Shown piece by piece: positions 12,901 to 26,095 of a stretch of DNA of 64,000 nt (position 1 is its first letter; each line of letters starts with the position of its first letter). The position numbers and the translations under genes are program-made. The DNA comes from Anthoceros angustus. Taxonomy: Eukaryota > Plantae > Anthocerotophyta. The stretch is taken from the NCBI GenBank assembly GCA_010909165.1, contig VJWM01000253.1, positions 156,591-220,590 of the forward strand, read 5' to 3'. Under the pieces are notes generated by a model. The model ran no database searches. It was given only the letters and a program-made list of their open reading frames with translations, and was not told the origin of the DNA.

Positions 12901-13729
12901 CCCGCAAAGAAAGCCTGCCGCAATGCAAGTCAAGATGCTCAGTGGGAGGATTCCGAGGCGCACCGAGGAGCGGAAGGGTTGGATGGTGGTATTACGGACT
13001 GATTCGCTCGACGAGCACGAGAGGAAGGACAAAGAAGGGGAGCGAGGAAAAAGGAAGAAGAACGGAGTGGAGCTTCCATAACGTCCGCAAGTGAGGAGGA
13101 AGAGGCGTTCATCAAAGCGGGAAGGAAGAGAAGTCCAACCACAAAAGGCGACGAGGGACTCGGTATGGAGTCGAAAAAGGGGCATGCGAATCCGGACGGG
13201 AGCAAGGCACGAACGCCACACTTAACGCGAGCGATTTCGGATGGCATCGTGTAACTTTAGCCGAGACCGCTGGATTCGAGGGTGAAGTGCAAAACGAGGA
13301 CACGGACGGCGGGGACTCGAGTCGACATGGGGCGAAAAACCCGCAAGAGGGGGATGAGTCGCTCCCGTGTCGTGGAAGGTTATGGATATGATCCGACAAG
13401 AATCGAAGACTGACAGATTTTGGCCATCCCCGACCCACCCACCCGGCCTGTTTTCAACGACCAACATCTCAAAGACATTGAAAATGACGGTGGGGTTGGC
13501 AAGGAGAAAAGTAGCACACAGTGTTCCTTTCAATTTGGCGACGCTATCATGGACCAAAAGTTCATGATAACGCTCGACAGCCTCGTGGACAATCCGCGTA
13601 CCGCCAAAGAACTGGGGCATTGAAGGCGGCACAACCCAAGAAGAGAGAACCTTTCCACCCCAAGGCAAAACCCCTCTGTGAATATGGTGGCCATGATGGA
13701 CTGTGTCTGTGAGCTGAGAGAAATTATGG

Positions 13730-16700
13730 ATGTGTAATCAAGAAGGTGCTAGATTAGAGTGGGTCAACATCATGACAGAGGAGACCGCCTAAGCTTGGGT
13801 TGCGATAGAACATACATCAAAGGTGTTGCGCGGACATGTCCAAAATGGCGCTAGGGGAGTTGACGGAGTCCTAACCCATATTGGTACCATTCCGCACTCA
13901 TGGACTACGTGGTCATTAAACAAAAAGCTGTGGTATGAGGTTCTCATTGACGAACATGGATGTATGGGGCACGTTGCACCTTCAAATGGGCAAGAAAGGA
14001 AGTGGGATTCAAACCTCGACGGGACCCCAAAATTAAGGAGGAAGGATATGTTTGACTTGGAGGAGATACATGGGAGAGACACCCACAAACGGAGGGATAC
14101 ACCTCTCAAGATACCTGGGAGGATGAGAAGGAGAAATTCCCATTCGCATATTTCGTGGTCGATGAAGAGGACGACACGGAGAGATATTCCCATTCCATCA
14201 ACCTATTAGGGTGCTATGGAGTCACAATTGACAACCCGGTGGTCGGAGAGAAGAGAGGTCGAGGAACAAGAAGTAGAGGTGAGCCGGAGCGACGATCTGG
14301 ACAAACGGAGGGTGCGAGGAGGTCTCACGCTTTACCTCGACGACCTATTCCGGAATGGGGAATGCGCCAAGGAGAACCAAGACAGAGGAGGAAGGGTTCG
14401 CATCACATCCGCGGAGAGAGAGTGGCATGACGGATGAGGTCAAGGATGTGGAAGTGTTGCGCAAGGTCCTTAAGTTTTCGAAGGATGAATGCAGACTTGG
14501 AAAGGGGTATGAAACAATTGCATGGAATTTATCCACGTTTTGCTTTTGACGTTCTGACATGAAGGGTATACCGAGGGAGTGGGGAGCACAAGATTGATCT
14601 CGAGCCGGTGTGCACACCGGATACCGCAATACAAGCTAAATCCAAAGTATTCTGAAGGTAAAGGAACAATTGAGCTCACTGACGCTATATATCCTATTGT
14701 GACATCGGAGTGGGTAGCCCCAATTGTGGTGGTTCCCAAAAGCGTAAGGGAAGATACGGTCCGCCAGATTGGAGGAAGTTAAACAAGGTGACCAAAAAGA
14801 CCATTACCCGCTTCCATTCATAGACAACAATCGGACTTAGTTGCGGAGAATGGTCTACCTGCTTCTCGGATGGGTATTCTATTACATCTCGTGGAGAGTG
14901 ATTGGCCCCCAATGCCTTCACTATGATCGGGAACCTATGCCTACAAACGGAGTGCGCGATTAACAGGGCACCGTGATCCTTCATGCGGTTGTCAAGATTT
15001 TCAAGGAATACCTTAGGGACTTCATGGAGGTCTTCCGGATGACTTCGTGTTTGAAAAGATCACCTCAACCACCTTCGCAAATGTCCGAACGGTGTCAATG
15101 CACAATTGTGTCTACATCCCGAGAATGTTATTTCGGCATGCCGAGGGTATTTTGTTGGGGCACCGTGACGGCTGGGGATAGAGGTCGAGGATAAGGTCAA
15201 AATCATTACCGCCTCAAGCCACCTACCACCAAGGAGCTTAGGGATTCCTCGGAATGGTAGGCTATTATCAAGGTTTGTGAAGAATTTCTCCGTAAGGCCC
15301 GCTACGTAATCGCGCAAGGACCGGAGTGGAATGGACGCAAAACGAGAGGAGGCCTTCAATGATCTTCGCACCACCCTCGATCACCCACGCCGCGGGGCCG
15401 ATCGAGCAAGAAGTTCCACGTGTTTGTAGACGTTCCTATGCAATCGGTACCATTCTAAGCCAAAGGGATGACAAGAAGCACGATTATCCAATCTATTATG
15501 CAGGAGGCGAACGACGCAGAAGAAGTATACCACCACCGAGAGGAGGCGCTAGGGATGGTGTACTCGGTTCGCAAGTTCCACTATTTGCTATCCTACGAGT
15601 CTTCCATGTGGACCACTTCGCCTCAAACACCGTAAACAAACCGACGTCTGACGCATAGCAAGATGGATCCTACTCCCGCAAGAATTCACGCTCACGGTGG
15701 AGACCAGAGGAGGGAGTAAACATGTGAATGCATTACATTTCGAGGTCGAAAGAGGAGGTTACACAGACCAAAACGACGATTTTCCCGATGAAGCTGTCAT
15801 GCGAGTTAGAGGGGAAGGCACGGCCAACCATAAGGCGAGGGTAAATGGTGGCTCGGCAGAAATGAGAAGGGAGAACGGGATACACAAGGCCCACTCACGA
15901 GGAGATGATGGAATTCGGAACGGGAAAATACCACCGGATCTTTCAAACCCCAGGGCAGGCACTATTCGCGTCGCTTGTACGACGAAAGACAATCAGACAT
16001 CGGGACCGGATGGACAAAGTTATGGGTAACAAGGAGCAAAGTTATCCGAAAATACGAGATGCACGAGGGGAAGCGAGGACATTTTGCCGCACATATCACG
16101 CAAGAAGGTGCTTGAAACGGGTATCGGTGGCAAACCATGCATCGTGATGCTAGGAGTTTGTTAAACGCGATGCTCGAGGGTTGGGAAACCGTCCGCAACC
16201 ACTCAATGGCCAATGGTTCCATATGGCGCCATTCGAGAAATGGGGAATAGACTTTGTTGGTCCCATACCAAAAACGAGGACGCGATAAAAATACATCCTC
16301 GTCGACTATTGCACGCGATGGTGGAAGCCCAAGCACTGTAGACACACTCATGTAGTGGCTGTGTTCCTCTATGAATGATTATCACCGATATGGTGTCCTT
16401 GGAGCTTGTCGGCGAGGGTCACATTTCCAACGGTTATATCTCATATGACGATCTCTACTTCAACGCTCGCCACAGAAAACGACTCCTTATAATCCCAAGG
16501 CAAATGGCTTAACGGAAAAGGCGAATGGGCTTGTGCAGATCCTCAACAAGCTAACGGTGGAATACGCGACGATCGGGATCTTAAGCTTCACTCGCCCGGG
16601 CATACAGGATCGCAGAGAAAATAACAACGCAACAAACACCGCATTACCTCACACGGCCATTCTCCCAGAATGCCTATTGAGTTTGAAATTCCCACCGCGA

Positions 16701-17015
16701 TCAGAAACTAACCGCATGGCGAGAGGAAAGTCACCGAACGCCTGGTCGCTTCGCTAAACATACAGAGGATAGGCTGAGCGTCATGCGATATTCAAAGGAA
16801 AATATGGCATGACAAGGTTATGGAAGCAAGAGTGGGTAGTTCCGTGACTTGGCCTCGTCAGACGACAGGTACATGCACTTCGCAAGCTCCACCTTCGATG
16901 GATGGGGCCATATAGGTTCTCAAGTCTTCAAATGGCTCAAGACAACCGCAAGAACTAGGTGACCTCCACCACCACCCGAGTCAATGGGTGGAGGGTCAAG
17001 AAGTATTATACTAAG
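13730..17015 (+). pseudogene. pol: pol relic: aspartic protease, RT, RNase H, integrase
   Basis: PR ~13730-13985 (KKVL.D.GSGVNIM, DGVLTHIGTIP). RT ~14560-15300 (YPIVTSEWVAPIVVVPK, RKLNKVTKKDHYPLPFI). RH ~15390-15750 (SYAIGTILSQRDDKKHDYPIYYAG, FHVDH). INT ~15980-17015 (PFEKWGIDFVGP, DY.TRW, VNGWRVKKYY). Confidence 0.92.
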
Positions 17016-17046
17016 TTGGCGGACGCCAACAAATGAGAAGGGAGTA

Positions 17047-20000
17047 TGTAAACGATCTATCCGACTTGGAAACCCTGAAATGTGCTCAAGTTTTTTTTTG
17101 TTTTTTGGAGTGTGAAAATAAGTCGGGTTGGTAGTAGGGGGTATTTATAGAAAAATGTCCTTGGCCTATGGAGTTCTTTTCTTGTTTTATTGCCTAGGTT
17201 AGAAAATAAATGGTCCGGAATTTGGTGTTCCTTGGCCCATGGACTCGAATGTTCCCTAAAAAGTCTATATATGTGAGATAGGGGGTTTGGAATAATTAGA
17301 GTAGGAGGGGTCGAGACGCCGAATGAATGAGTGTGGGGTTGTGGATTGGGATGTGGAAAGCGGTCGAGAGGTAACAGAGTAGGGGAACCCGGGAAACTTA
17401 ACCCTAGGAATGTGAATCCCGCTCAAACAACGGAGCGCAACGGCGGGCCGGACGGGAGCGAGCGGAGCGCGACGACGGGCAAGCGCGACGAAGTCGAGGA
17501 GCCGGTCCGGGGCACCGTGATGGAGGGGCGCGAGGCGCAACGAAAGGAGCTCAACCCGCCGATATCGCGAGGCGCGACGCAGAGGAGGAAGGCGCGATGC
17601 AGCGCGCCTTGCCGAGGAGGAGGAACCGAGACCGACCCCCGTGAAATTCGCAGCGAGGTGGCGGTGGCGCGAGACCGTGAAGACCGTGAGAGGGATGGCG
17701 CCAAGGTCACCACCAAATTGTGCTTGCCCAATGGCCGAACATGGATCATTGGAAAGTTCGAGGAGTGGTGAAGGAGTCAAGCCGGGTTTCATGGAAGAGC
17801 GGTGGAATTACATGAACTCGACGGTGCGGAGTGTGCGCCACACGGGACAACAGCAAAGGGGATTTAGAGCGGCCGCAGGATTGGGACCGGAGTTAGAAGG
17901 GTGCGGGCGAAGCAAGGAGGAGGCGGGCGGTTGGTGATGGAGCCGCCAGAAAAGAAGCACGGCAAGAAGAGCACCGCCCGTTAAAGCGGGCGAATTGCGA
18001 ACCCAACGGCCGTTGACGAGGGATTTGGCAACAACTTGATGGGTCCGCCGGTGGCTCCTATGTTTCGCAGACAAGAAGTGGATTATTTGTCCGACCACTT
18101 CTGCCTTCATGAAGTGGTCAAGAAGATCGATTAGCGAATTCTCTTCGACAAGTTGTGTGTGAAGAGAGGTTGAACTTGATTTCCTCCGCCTCGGCCTCTC
18201 TAATCTCACCATTTCGTCCATCTTTATGTTTACGCTAACTGCCTGAGGTGGAGATTGTAGCCTCCTCCACATGTGGAAGCCGGTTAGGGAGGTGAAATGG
18301 AAGGCGGAGGAGCCCAAGGAGGAAAAATCGATAGCCGGGAGTCGGCAGTGCCTGGAGGAGGAGAAGGAAATTCCCACCAAGAAAAGGAGGAAGACCGGGG
18401 TGAAAGGCGGCATCAAAAAGGTGAAGGATGCGCCACTGTGTCAAAAACGCACCAAGGCCACAGAAAATGAAAGCCAAACGGCAGCTTGAGGTGGCGTAAG
18501 AGGAGGCGCGATCCGAGGACAATTTTCGATGCGATGATGAATCAACTCCGAGGGTTTAGGGTCGACCTCGAGGCGGACCCTCCTCAAAGATGGGAAGAGA
18601 TTTTCAAGGGGACCCCACCGCTGAGAGGTGGATGCAACAATTGGTGAGGCGCACCGCCACAACAAGTGGACTTGCGTGAGCCGACCACGCCGTGATCCGG
18701 GCCCAAGCGCATTTGTTGGATCTTTAGCTCTCACCGGCTCAAGGTGCAGGGCGACGGAGGAAGTGGTGAAGGCCAGTTTGACGAAGAGGAGGCCAAGCGC
18801 AAGCAACTGGAGGAAGACAAGCGGAACTAGAGGAAATAAGGGCCAAGATTCAAGAAGATTTGTGCAGGCCTGTGAGAAGTTGCAAGCCATGACGAGCCGC
18901 AGGAAGCACTCATGGCTCAAATTAAGGATGCCCACAGACGAACCAGAGATGCAGGGGAGTTGTTGAGCCCGTGAGGAAGCGGCCTCGGTGGAAAAGGCCC
19001 ATAAGCGGAGCGATATAAGCGGAGCGGATGAGGCACGCACGGGCCGTAAAAGACAAAGGGAAGGCAGCGGTGACCACGATCGAGTAGCGGAAGGGCCTAC
19101 CGAAGGAAGGAAAGAACCGAGGTAGCCGAAACCTCACCTACCGCGGTAACGAACGACGCCGGAGTCCACCACCAGGTAGTCGAAACCGCACCGACATTGG
19201 CGCAACCAACCCAAGGCGGGGCGGCGGTGGTGCGACGTGGCGCCTCGCGAGGACATAGGCCGTGCAACTGTGTAGCCTACGAGGAGGGGGTAAGCACCTC
19301 ACCGCAGGGGGTCCTATTATTACCACACATGGATGAGGAAACTTATGTGCCCGGTCTATATGTGAATGGAGAACGCGGCTTAACCTCACCGCCCATGTGC
19401 GTGGAAATAGGAGGGATGTGGCCTACCATCGCAAGTGAGGACCCGGTGCATACTTCTACCACCGCGCCTGGGGGTTGGCTCCTATTATGCGGAGGCGACT
19501 TTGGAGGAGTTGAGCGAGGAGGAGGTCGCTTGGGTGGACGAGGAACCAATAATCCTCAATAGGCGGCCGGAAGATGCGAAGCCAGGTGGTACACCTCAAA
19601 TTCACGCCCAGCAGGATGTGAGGTGGAAGTAGTGTGGGAGAACCCGTCCACCAGCGGCAAGGAGAGCTCGTGGCGAATGGAGGACGAGGGGCCGACGGCC
19701 GAGGTAGGGCGCAGAGAAGCGAGGGTGAGGTAGCAACCTAAAGATAATTTAGATGCCGCACCGACCTAGGATCGCCCGAATTGTGGGCGGCCTTCGCGAT
19801 AGCCATCTTAGGACCTAAAAATCCGGTGGTGCCCCAGATGTATAAGAGGGGCGAATTAGGTCCCTCACGATAACTCGTTGAGATCCCCACGCCTGGTTGG
19901 AGACGTCCGTGATGAGGTGGTGTGCGCGAGACGCCCTAGGGGTGGTCGAGAGCTTGCCCGCACTGGGGAGGAGGGGTGATAAAGCAATCTTGCCGACAAA

Positions 20001-20724
20001 GGAGGAGGAAACCAAGGGATTGGCGCGGGTCCGGAGCTTGCTCGTAACGCGACGCCTGGGGTTCTTCTTTCCTTCACACTTGTCCTTAGTTGTGTTCAAA
20101 GCGAGAGTGTTGAGTGGATGGTTGGAAGCGGCGATTGAGGGAGAGAGAGAGAGGAGAAGATTGGGTGAAGGAGTGACTAAACATCACGCTGGCGCGAGCA
20201 GGTGTGAGAGGAGTTGAGAAGGGAACTAATTGAGAGACTAGCAAGGGAGATTTGTGTGAATCCAAAAGAAACCAAACCGGTTGGTGGAAGCATGGGGGGA
20301 ACAACGCTGTAAAGTGAGTGTGCGCCTGTGTGTGTGTGGAGCGTGAGGGATTTGTGGAATTAGGTCCCTAGGAATCGTGTGTGCATGAAGTGTGGAGTAA
20401 AAGCCGATCAGGGTGGACGCCGTGGGATCCGCGCCGTGGCGCCCGGAAATAAGTCGCTAGGGTTTGGTGGGACCCACCTCGTGGTCAAGCAACTACCCAG
20501 AGAGCCACCGCGGTCGTGGAATAAGAGGCGGTCGTGGAATAAGAGTAGCTAGAGTCGGGGGTAGTAGTGGTTGAGTAGATAGGGAGGAGTAAGTCAAGTC
20601 GACTTAGGTGAAGGTCAGAAGAGCGCCTCGGCACAAACCATTCCCTTTGGGAGCGAATCCAAGCCTACAACGACATTGAGGGCGAATGTGGACTCACTGT
20701 CCTCGACACAAATCCACACCCACA
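17047..20724 (+). repeat. 3' LTR of the Athila-type element (~3.68 kb), also containing the ORF relic (~17670-19630)
   Basis: Begins TGTAAACG just after the purine tract aaatgagaagggag (17031-17044) and ends ...cacaccCACA. Colinear with the 5' LTR. Confidence 0.85.
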
Positions 20725-23232
20725 TGCTCCCCCGCGCTTGTAAACCTATCAGGCGAGAGGACCAGAGCTATCTGGTCCTCCATCTCACCCCTAGTGCGTG
20801 CTATAGCCGAGACCCTTGTGGTGATGTTAGGCCCCAAACTCATCGATGGGTTCCTCCTTCCTATCTCGGGCGAATCGACTCTCCCGCGACTACTCGGTAG
20901 AGCATTGAGGTCACCCCTGAACAGTAGTGACTTTCTCGGATCACGCCGTGCCCAAGGGGTTGGGCCGATTCCTCCTGACTGTGGTTTCTCGCCACTGCTC
21001 GCTGGACCTGTGCCCGCCTTCCTTGTCCTGCTTCGGCCTGTGTGAGCCCCTGCCTGTGGCTCTAGGCGGGTTGGAGTCTCTGCTCACCCGACCTCTCTTG
21101 GTTCCCAGTCTTTAGCAACTCCTGCTTTAGCAACCGCAACAAACCTTAGTAACCCGCCACATTCCTCATGGACACTTCACTTCTCATCTTCACTCCCACA
21201 CCGGAGATGGCCTCTTCCTCCCACTCTCTTTGGGCTTCCTTCTTTTCAACACCGCCTGTGCATGGAAGGTCGAGACCATCTCTATCCCTCCAAAGAATCC
21301 TGGCATGGTCAAAACGTGATTAAGTAAGGAGAGATAGAGCTAAGGATGGATGGTAGGGGTGGTCCTCTCCTCGCAAGCCGTGGTCATAGGAACATCCTCG
21401 GCCCAATCTATCTTGACCCTCTCACCACTTCGTAGAGAAAGACAAGAAAATGGTCAAGAATGTGCTCTAGCTTCTTAGTGAGCTGAGAGCACAGGATCCA
21501 CTTGGCTAATCCAGCCAGCTTAGGGTCTAACTTGTTGGTGACCCAGCCATTCTCCACTCTAGACAATGTGGGAGCAATGGCACCTGTGCCTCTGCAATTT
21601 TTGGGGAGATGGCTTTCCGAAGGATCAATGATTATTCCGCCACATTCTCTTCAGTCTCCATAGATGTACCGAACAATGAATATTCCACCAAGGGGTTGGT
21701 TCTCGTGTTGCCTTCCGTAGCCTCTCCCTCATGTGTCCCGCACATTCCCGAACCAACTCGCCACCGTAAGACCACTTTTGTCCATGAAGGACAAGTGATG
21801 CTTTAGCCACCATGAACCTGCCACTTCCGTTCCCATGTTGGGCCATCGGATGCTGGTAATGGCCTCAATGGCCACCGTGAGTGTTCTTCTTAGGCCCCAT
21901 GCTCCTTGTCCCGTGACGCGAGCCCAGAGTTTACAGAGCAAAATCCCGGCCACACCGCCACGCCCCTCGCACTCCATCTCCACAAGCAAGGTGGAGTGCC
22001 CCTGATCATTTTGCTCCGCCGAATCCATCAATCTCCTCCCCACATACAAATGCTGCCTCGCTGTCCGCCGGCTTGGTATCTCGTGTCCCCACGACTGGAG
22101 AGCGCGCGACTACCCATGGTGTCCAATTGATTCCACCCCGCAATGCCCTATTTTCTATGGCCCGATCTCAGTACTCCGACACCACCCTGGAATTGGAACC
22201 CTATTCCAATCCCCCTGCCTCACAACATGCCGCCCGCCTCCCGCCAAGCTTCTACCTTCTTCCGACCTCAACATGTGAGGTCCGGGGTGTATCCTGCAAC
22301 TACTTGCTAGATACGACTTCGGTGCGCTCTGCCTCACCCTTTATCCAGAGCCTTCCTTAGGTGCGTACACCAATTTGCACACACTACTCGCACGCCCACC
22401 TCTTTCCCGCTGTACCCGCGTCCTTACTTACGCCCCATCTGATCCACCCCGCCTCCTCAATTTCTTGCGGTATGCCTGCCGTGACTGAGCCGCCTGCCTG
22501 TGAGCCGCCGGCCCGATTGTTCCACACCCGCTATTGGGCAGACTTTACACGCGCCTAACCCGCGAGCCCGATTGCCGCCATGCCGCTGCCTCTGAGCTTC
22601 TCACCAATCCTTCGCTCCGCTGACCTCCCCTCTATGCCGTAGCCCCAGGATCACACCCGACTCAAGACACTGACCTTCTACCCCGCTTCCACCGCCCGCC
22701 CCCTGGACCCCGCCACTCCAACCTCGACCTGCTCACTGCACCGATGCTCATATTTGTGCCACCGCCTTTGGGCCCTCGCATTCGCTTCCGCCTCCGGGCT
22801 CACTTACGCCCGAGCTTGAGGCGCTGCGCCTGCCTACCGCTCGGGTTTATCGCAATTATTCCTCCTCGTCATTGACTTAATTGCTACTTAGGACCCCGCC
22901 CAAGCATTCGCTCAATATTTTCCAATGATTTTCGTCAATGACTAATTTATCGGAAAATAACTCCGACTTGGTTGCTTCCATAGCAACAGTTCTCAGTCTG
23001 TCCCATAGCAACAGTCCTGCTAGCAACGCCCTAGCATCCGCTAGCAACCCCGAGCGCCCAACCTCCAAGGTTCTCGTCTGTGTCGACTAGACTCTTCCTC
23101 CTACTAGGCTCTAGTAGACTTTTCTTATTTCCTAACCTACTTCACATTCCAACTCCACACGATTCTCACAACTTAAACACAAAAACAAAAACACCTTTTC
23201 GAGGGGTCTCGAGTACCCATGTGGTCACCACA
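20725..23232 (-). mobile_element. 5' portion of the ~4.7-kb family-B LTR-like repeat, with embedded ORF relic (~20730-22100)
   Basis: 22915-23232 is the reverse complement of 415-~740. Minus-strand protein-like segments include WWLKHHLSFMDKSGLTVASWF and LRSGERVKIDWAEDV. Confidence 0.55.
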
Positions 23233-25125
23233 TCATGGTACCAAGCAGATCAACCCACGACGGCACGACGCCACGAGCCCCATAGACCAAGAGGGAGGCG
23301 AAGAGGAAGACGGCCCCACCACTACGGCCCCCCAGATCGCCTCGGCCCGCCTTGCCAACCCGGGAGTAAGGAGGCAGGAAACCTATGTGAGAAGAGCGTA
23401 ATCTGGGATGCGCCTGTTGGAGGACACCGGGCAAGAACCCCACCCCGAGCCCGCCCTATCATCGCCGATCAGAGGGGAAAGCAGCCACCCCTGACTTTCA
23501 CCGCCTCCCGGACCCCAAACGGGCGGGCAAGGAGAAGGAGCCAGCGCTGCGGGCCAAGTTGAGGTAGAGGCCCCATCAGCTAGCCGACCTAAGGGTCCTG
23601 ATTGGGTCCGGAGTCCCTAGTTTGGCCTCTCGATCACCATGGTCCGCGGTTTAATACGAGATACCCGCACTACCAACGGACTTTCACGGGACTCAAAGAA
23701 TGCCGCGGTGGAAGAGACACGGTGGAGCCCACGCTGACGGTGTGTTTTGGGGCTCAGAACTGCAGAGAAAGCCCAGGAAGTGGAGGCCACCGTAAGGAGA
23801 ATGGTGGAGCCAGAGCTGGGGCGGAGGCGGCCCAAGCGGCCAGGAGAAAGGCGGAGACCCTCGCTAGGGTTGGCGAGGAGAAGCGATTGACGCAGCCTGA
23901 GGCCAGTCCGCTCATCAGATAGAAGGTGTGGTGCTTCACCTGTGGTGAATAACAAGCGTAGAGCCAAGGTGCAAGCAAAGGCAGAGGACCTTTGTAGGAG
24001 GAGGGGAGCGGCCCAAGAGGAGGCAGAGGAGGCAAGAAGGCAGGGGGAGAGGGCCAAGGACCTGGCCGAAACCGCTGACAGAGCGCACTCAAGCCCGGAG
24101 GCATGTGAAGGGGGCGTGAGGCGAGGCCTTGGCCAAGATGACACGTGGACAACTACTGCAAGACTTCGAACCGTGGAGGGAGGCGGCGGGAGTAGCCACG
24201 GCCAATTTGAAGGCAGAGCAGGCAGCGGCAGAGTAGGCACGGGTAATCCATGAAGAGGAGAGGGAGGCCAGCACCAGAGAGATGGGGGACCTCTAGGCAC
24301 AGCTGTAGGGTGTGGAGGAACGGCGCCAAGAGTCGGAAGACCGGAAAGAGACCCTGGAGCTACAGCTCCAGGTAATGGAGGAGCGCAACGGAATTCTCCA
24401 AGGGAGAACCGCGGACCACGAGCGGGAGATAGAGCGGCTCCAGCTCTGTTGGAGGGCGGAGGAAAGTCGGCGGCGAAATAAGGAGCAGGACATCGCCGAG
24501 TTGGAGAAGGACTTGGAGGAGCGAGCCGGAGCGGAGTCACCGGAAAGAGATATGAGCCTCCGGCAAGGATGGACGGGAGAGAGAGCCCGAGGAAGAGCGT
24601 GGTTGCTTGGTCCGAAGGGAAGGCGGCGGGGAACGGCCGGGCCATGGCTGCATGTTGGCCGAGCCACAGAGATGCCGGGAGGAGGAGCGGAGCAGCAGCA
24701 GAGGTCAGTAGTGGCGAGGCGGCCTTGGCAGCCTCGAGGGACTTAGCTTATCCGACCGGGATCATGGATCTTTGGCGAGACAAAAAGAAAACCCGACACG
24801 CCACCGCTGAGAACCGGAGGCGTGAATATCGGGTGCCTGTGCCCATGTGGAGGAGGCCCATTCAACAGTCGACTCACCGCCCACATCATGCGGGCCCTCA
24901 AGGCGGTGGAGATCGTGCCCCACACCCGGCTGTGATTGAAGGGCCACCTGAAGAGTTGGAAGGAGGAGAGAGAGACGAGGGCCTAGGAGAAAGTGCCACA
25001 AGAACTTTGGGGCGCCTGCTCGGACGAGAGCAAGAACGAGGGAAGGGAGCGCCTGACGAGGGATGGACGGACACCACCCCGACAAGAGGTAAGTCCGTCA
25101 CAACCACAAGGGAGGAAGGAGAGGG
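23233..25125 (+). pseudogene. Family-C ORF relic, C-side (long coiled-coil)
   Basis: MEERRQESEDRKETLELQLQVMEERNGILQGRTADHEREIERLQ (24312..24746). agggtcctgattgggtccggag is shared with ~52545-52567 (-). Confidence 0.6.
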
Positions 25126-26095
25126 GTGGAGTGTGAACTGTGTCTAGAGACACCGTGAGGTCCACATTCACCCTCAATGTCAAGTTGTAGTCCTAGGATT
25201 CGCCTCCTAAGGGAAATGGTTTGTGCCAAGAGACGCTAACTTCTATCACTACCCGACCTTTGCCTAAATCAGTGACTCACCATTACCCTCTTACCCATCT
25301 ACTCAACTCGCTACTACCTCCCCGACTTGTCCAACTACCACCGATCTATTCCCCACCATGCATCTTATTCCACAACCCCGCTCCCCGAGCTACTACCACG
25401 GTGGCTTCACCACTACCTGGTAGTTGACTACCAAGGTGGGTCCCACGCCAAACCCTAGCGATTATTTCCGCGACGGCGACATGGATCTCGCCATCAAGGC
25501 TACCACCGGCCATGCATCGACTTTATTTTGCACTCCACACTTCATGCACACACCGATTCATAGGGACCAAAGTTCCTAGGATCCCTCACAACCACTCTCT
25601 CACACACACAAAGGGCGCCACCACACAATTCCACAAGGAATGCCGCTTTCCTTAGCACTTCTACCAACAAAGACCGTTTGATTCCTCTTGATCTACACAA
25701 CTCCACCTGCTAGTTTCTCAATTAGCTCTTCTTCTCAACTCCTTCACACTCGTGATCGCTGCATAAAGTGTTCACTACCCTTCACCCAATCTTCTCTCTC
25801 TCTCTCTCGATTCGACCTGTGCTTCCACCCACACACACACACACGACTCAACACGAACACAATGTGAAAAGGGTGAGGAAAGAAGAATTCAAGGCCACAG
25901 CCAAGGGCAGAGCAAGCTCTGCACTCCGCTTATCCTCGATTTCCTCCTCCTCCTTGTCACGAGGAACGCCTATCACCCCTCCCACCGGGTTGCGAGCAAT
26001 GGAGCAAGCCTCACCACCCTGGAGCGCCTCGCCGCACACCACCTCCTCAATTGGATCGCCTCCAACCACCCACAAGCAGCTGGGGGATACCTAGA
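25126..26095 (-). repeat. Truncated LTR fragment related to the Athila LTR (its 3' ~0.9 kb)
   Basis: Reverse complement matches ~10390-11263, e.g. cttggcacaaaccatt and acattgagggtgaatgtggacctcacggtgtc. No PBS follows. Confidence 0.8.

Larger units (their letters stand above)
7516..20724 (+). mobile_element. Full-length Athila-type Ty3/gypsy LTR retrotransposon (13.2 kb, degraded)
   Basis: Direct repeats at 7516-11263 and 17047-20724, PBS, gag-PR-RT-RH-INT domain order, INT tail VNGWRVKKYY. TGCTC at 7511-7515 and 20725-20729 is a candidate 5-bp TSD. Confidence 0.9.

Noticed and set aside
23235-23248. tRNA-Met-type PBS (tggtaccaagc) after the family-B repeat end
   Set aside because: Flank analysis shows this is the resumed family-C ORF, and the repeat's orientation makes this its 5' end, so a PBS is not expected here.
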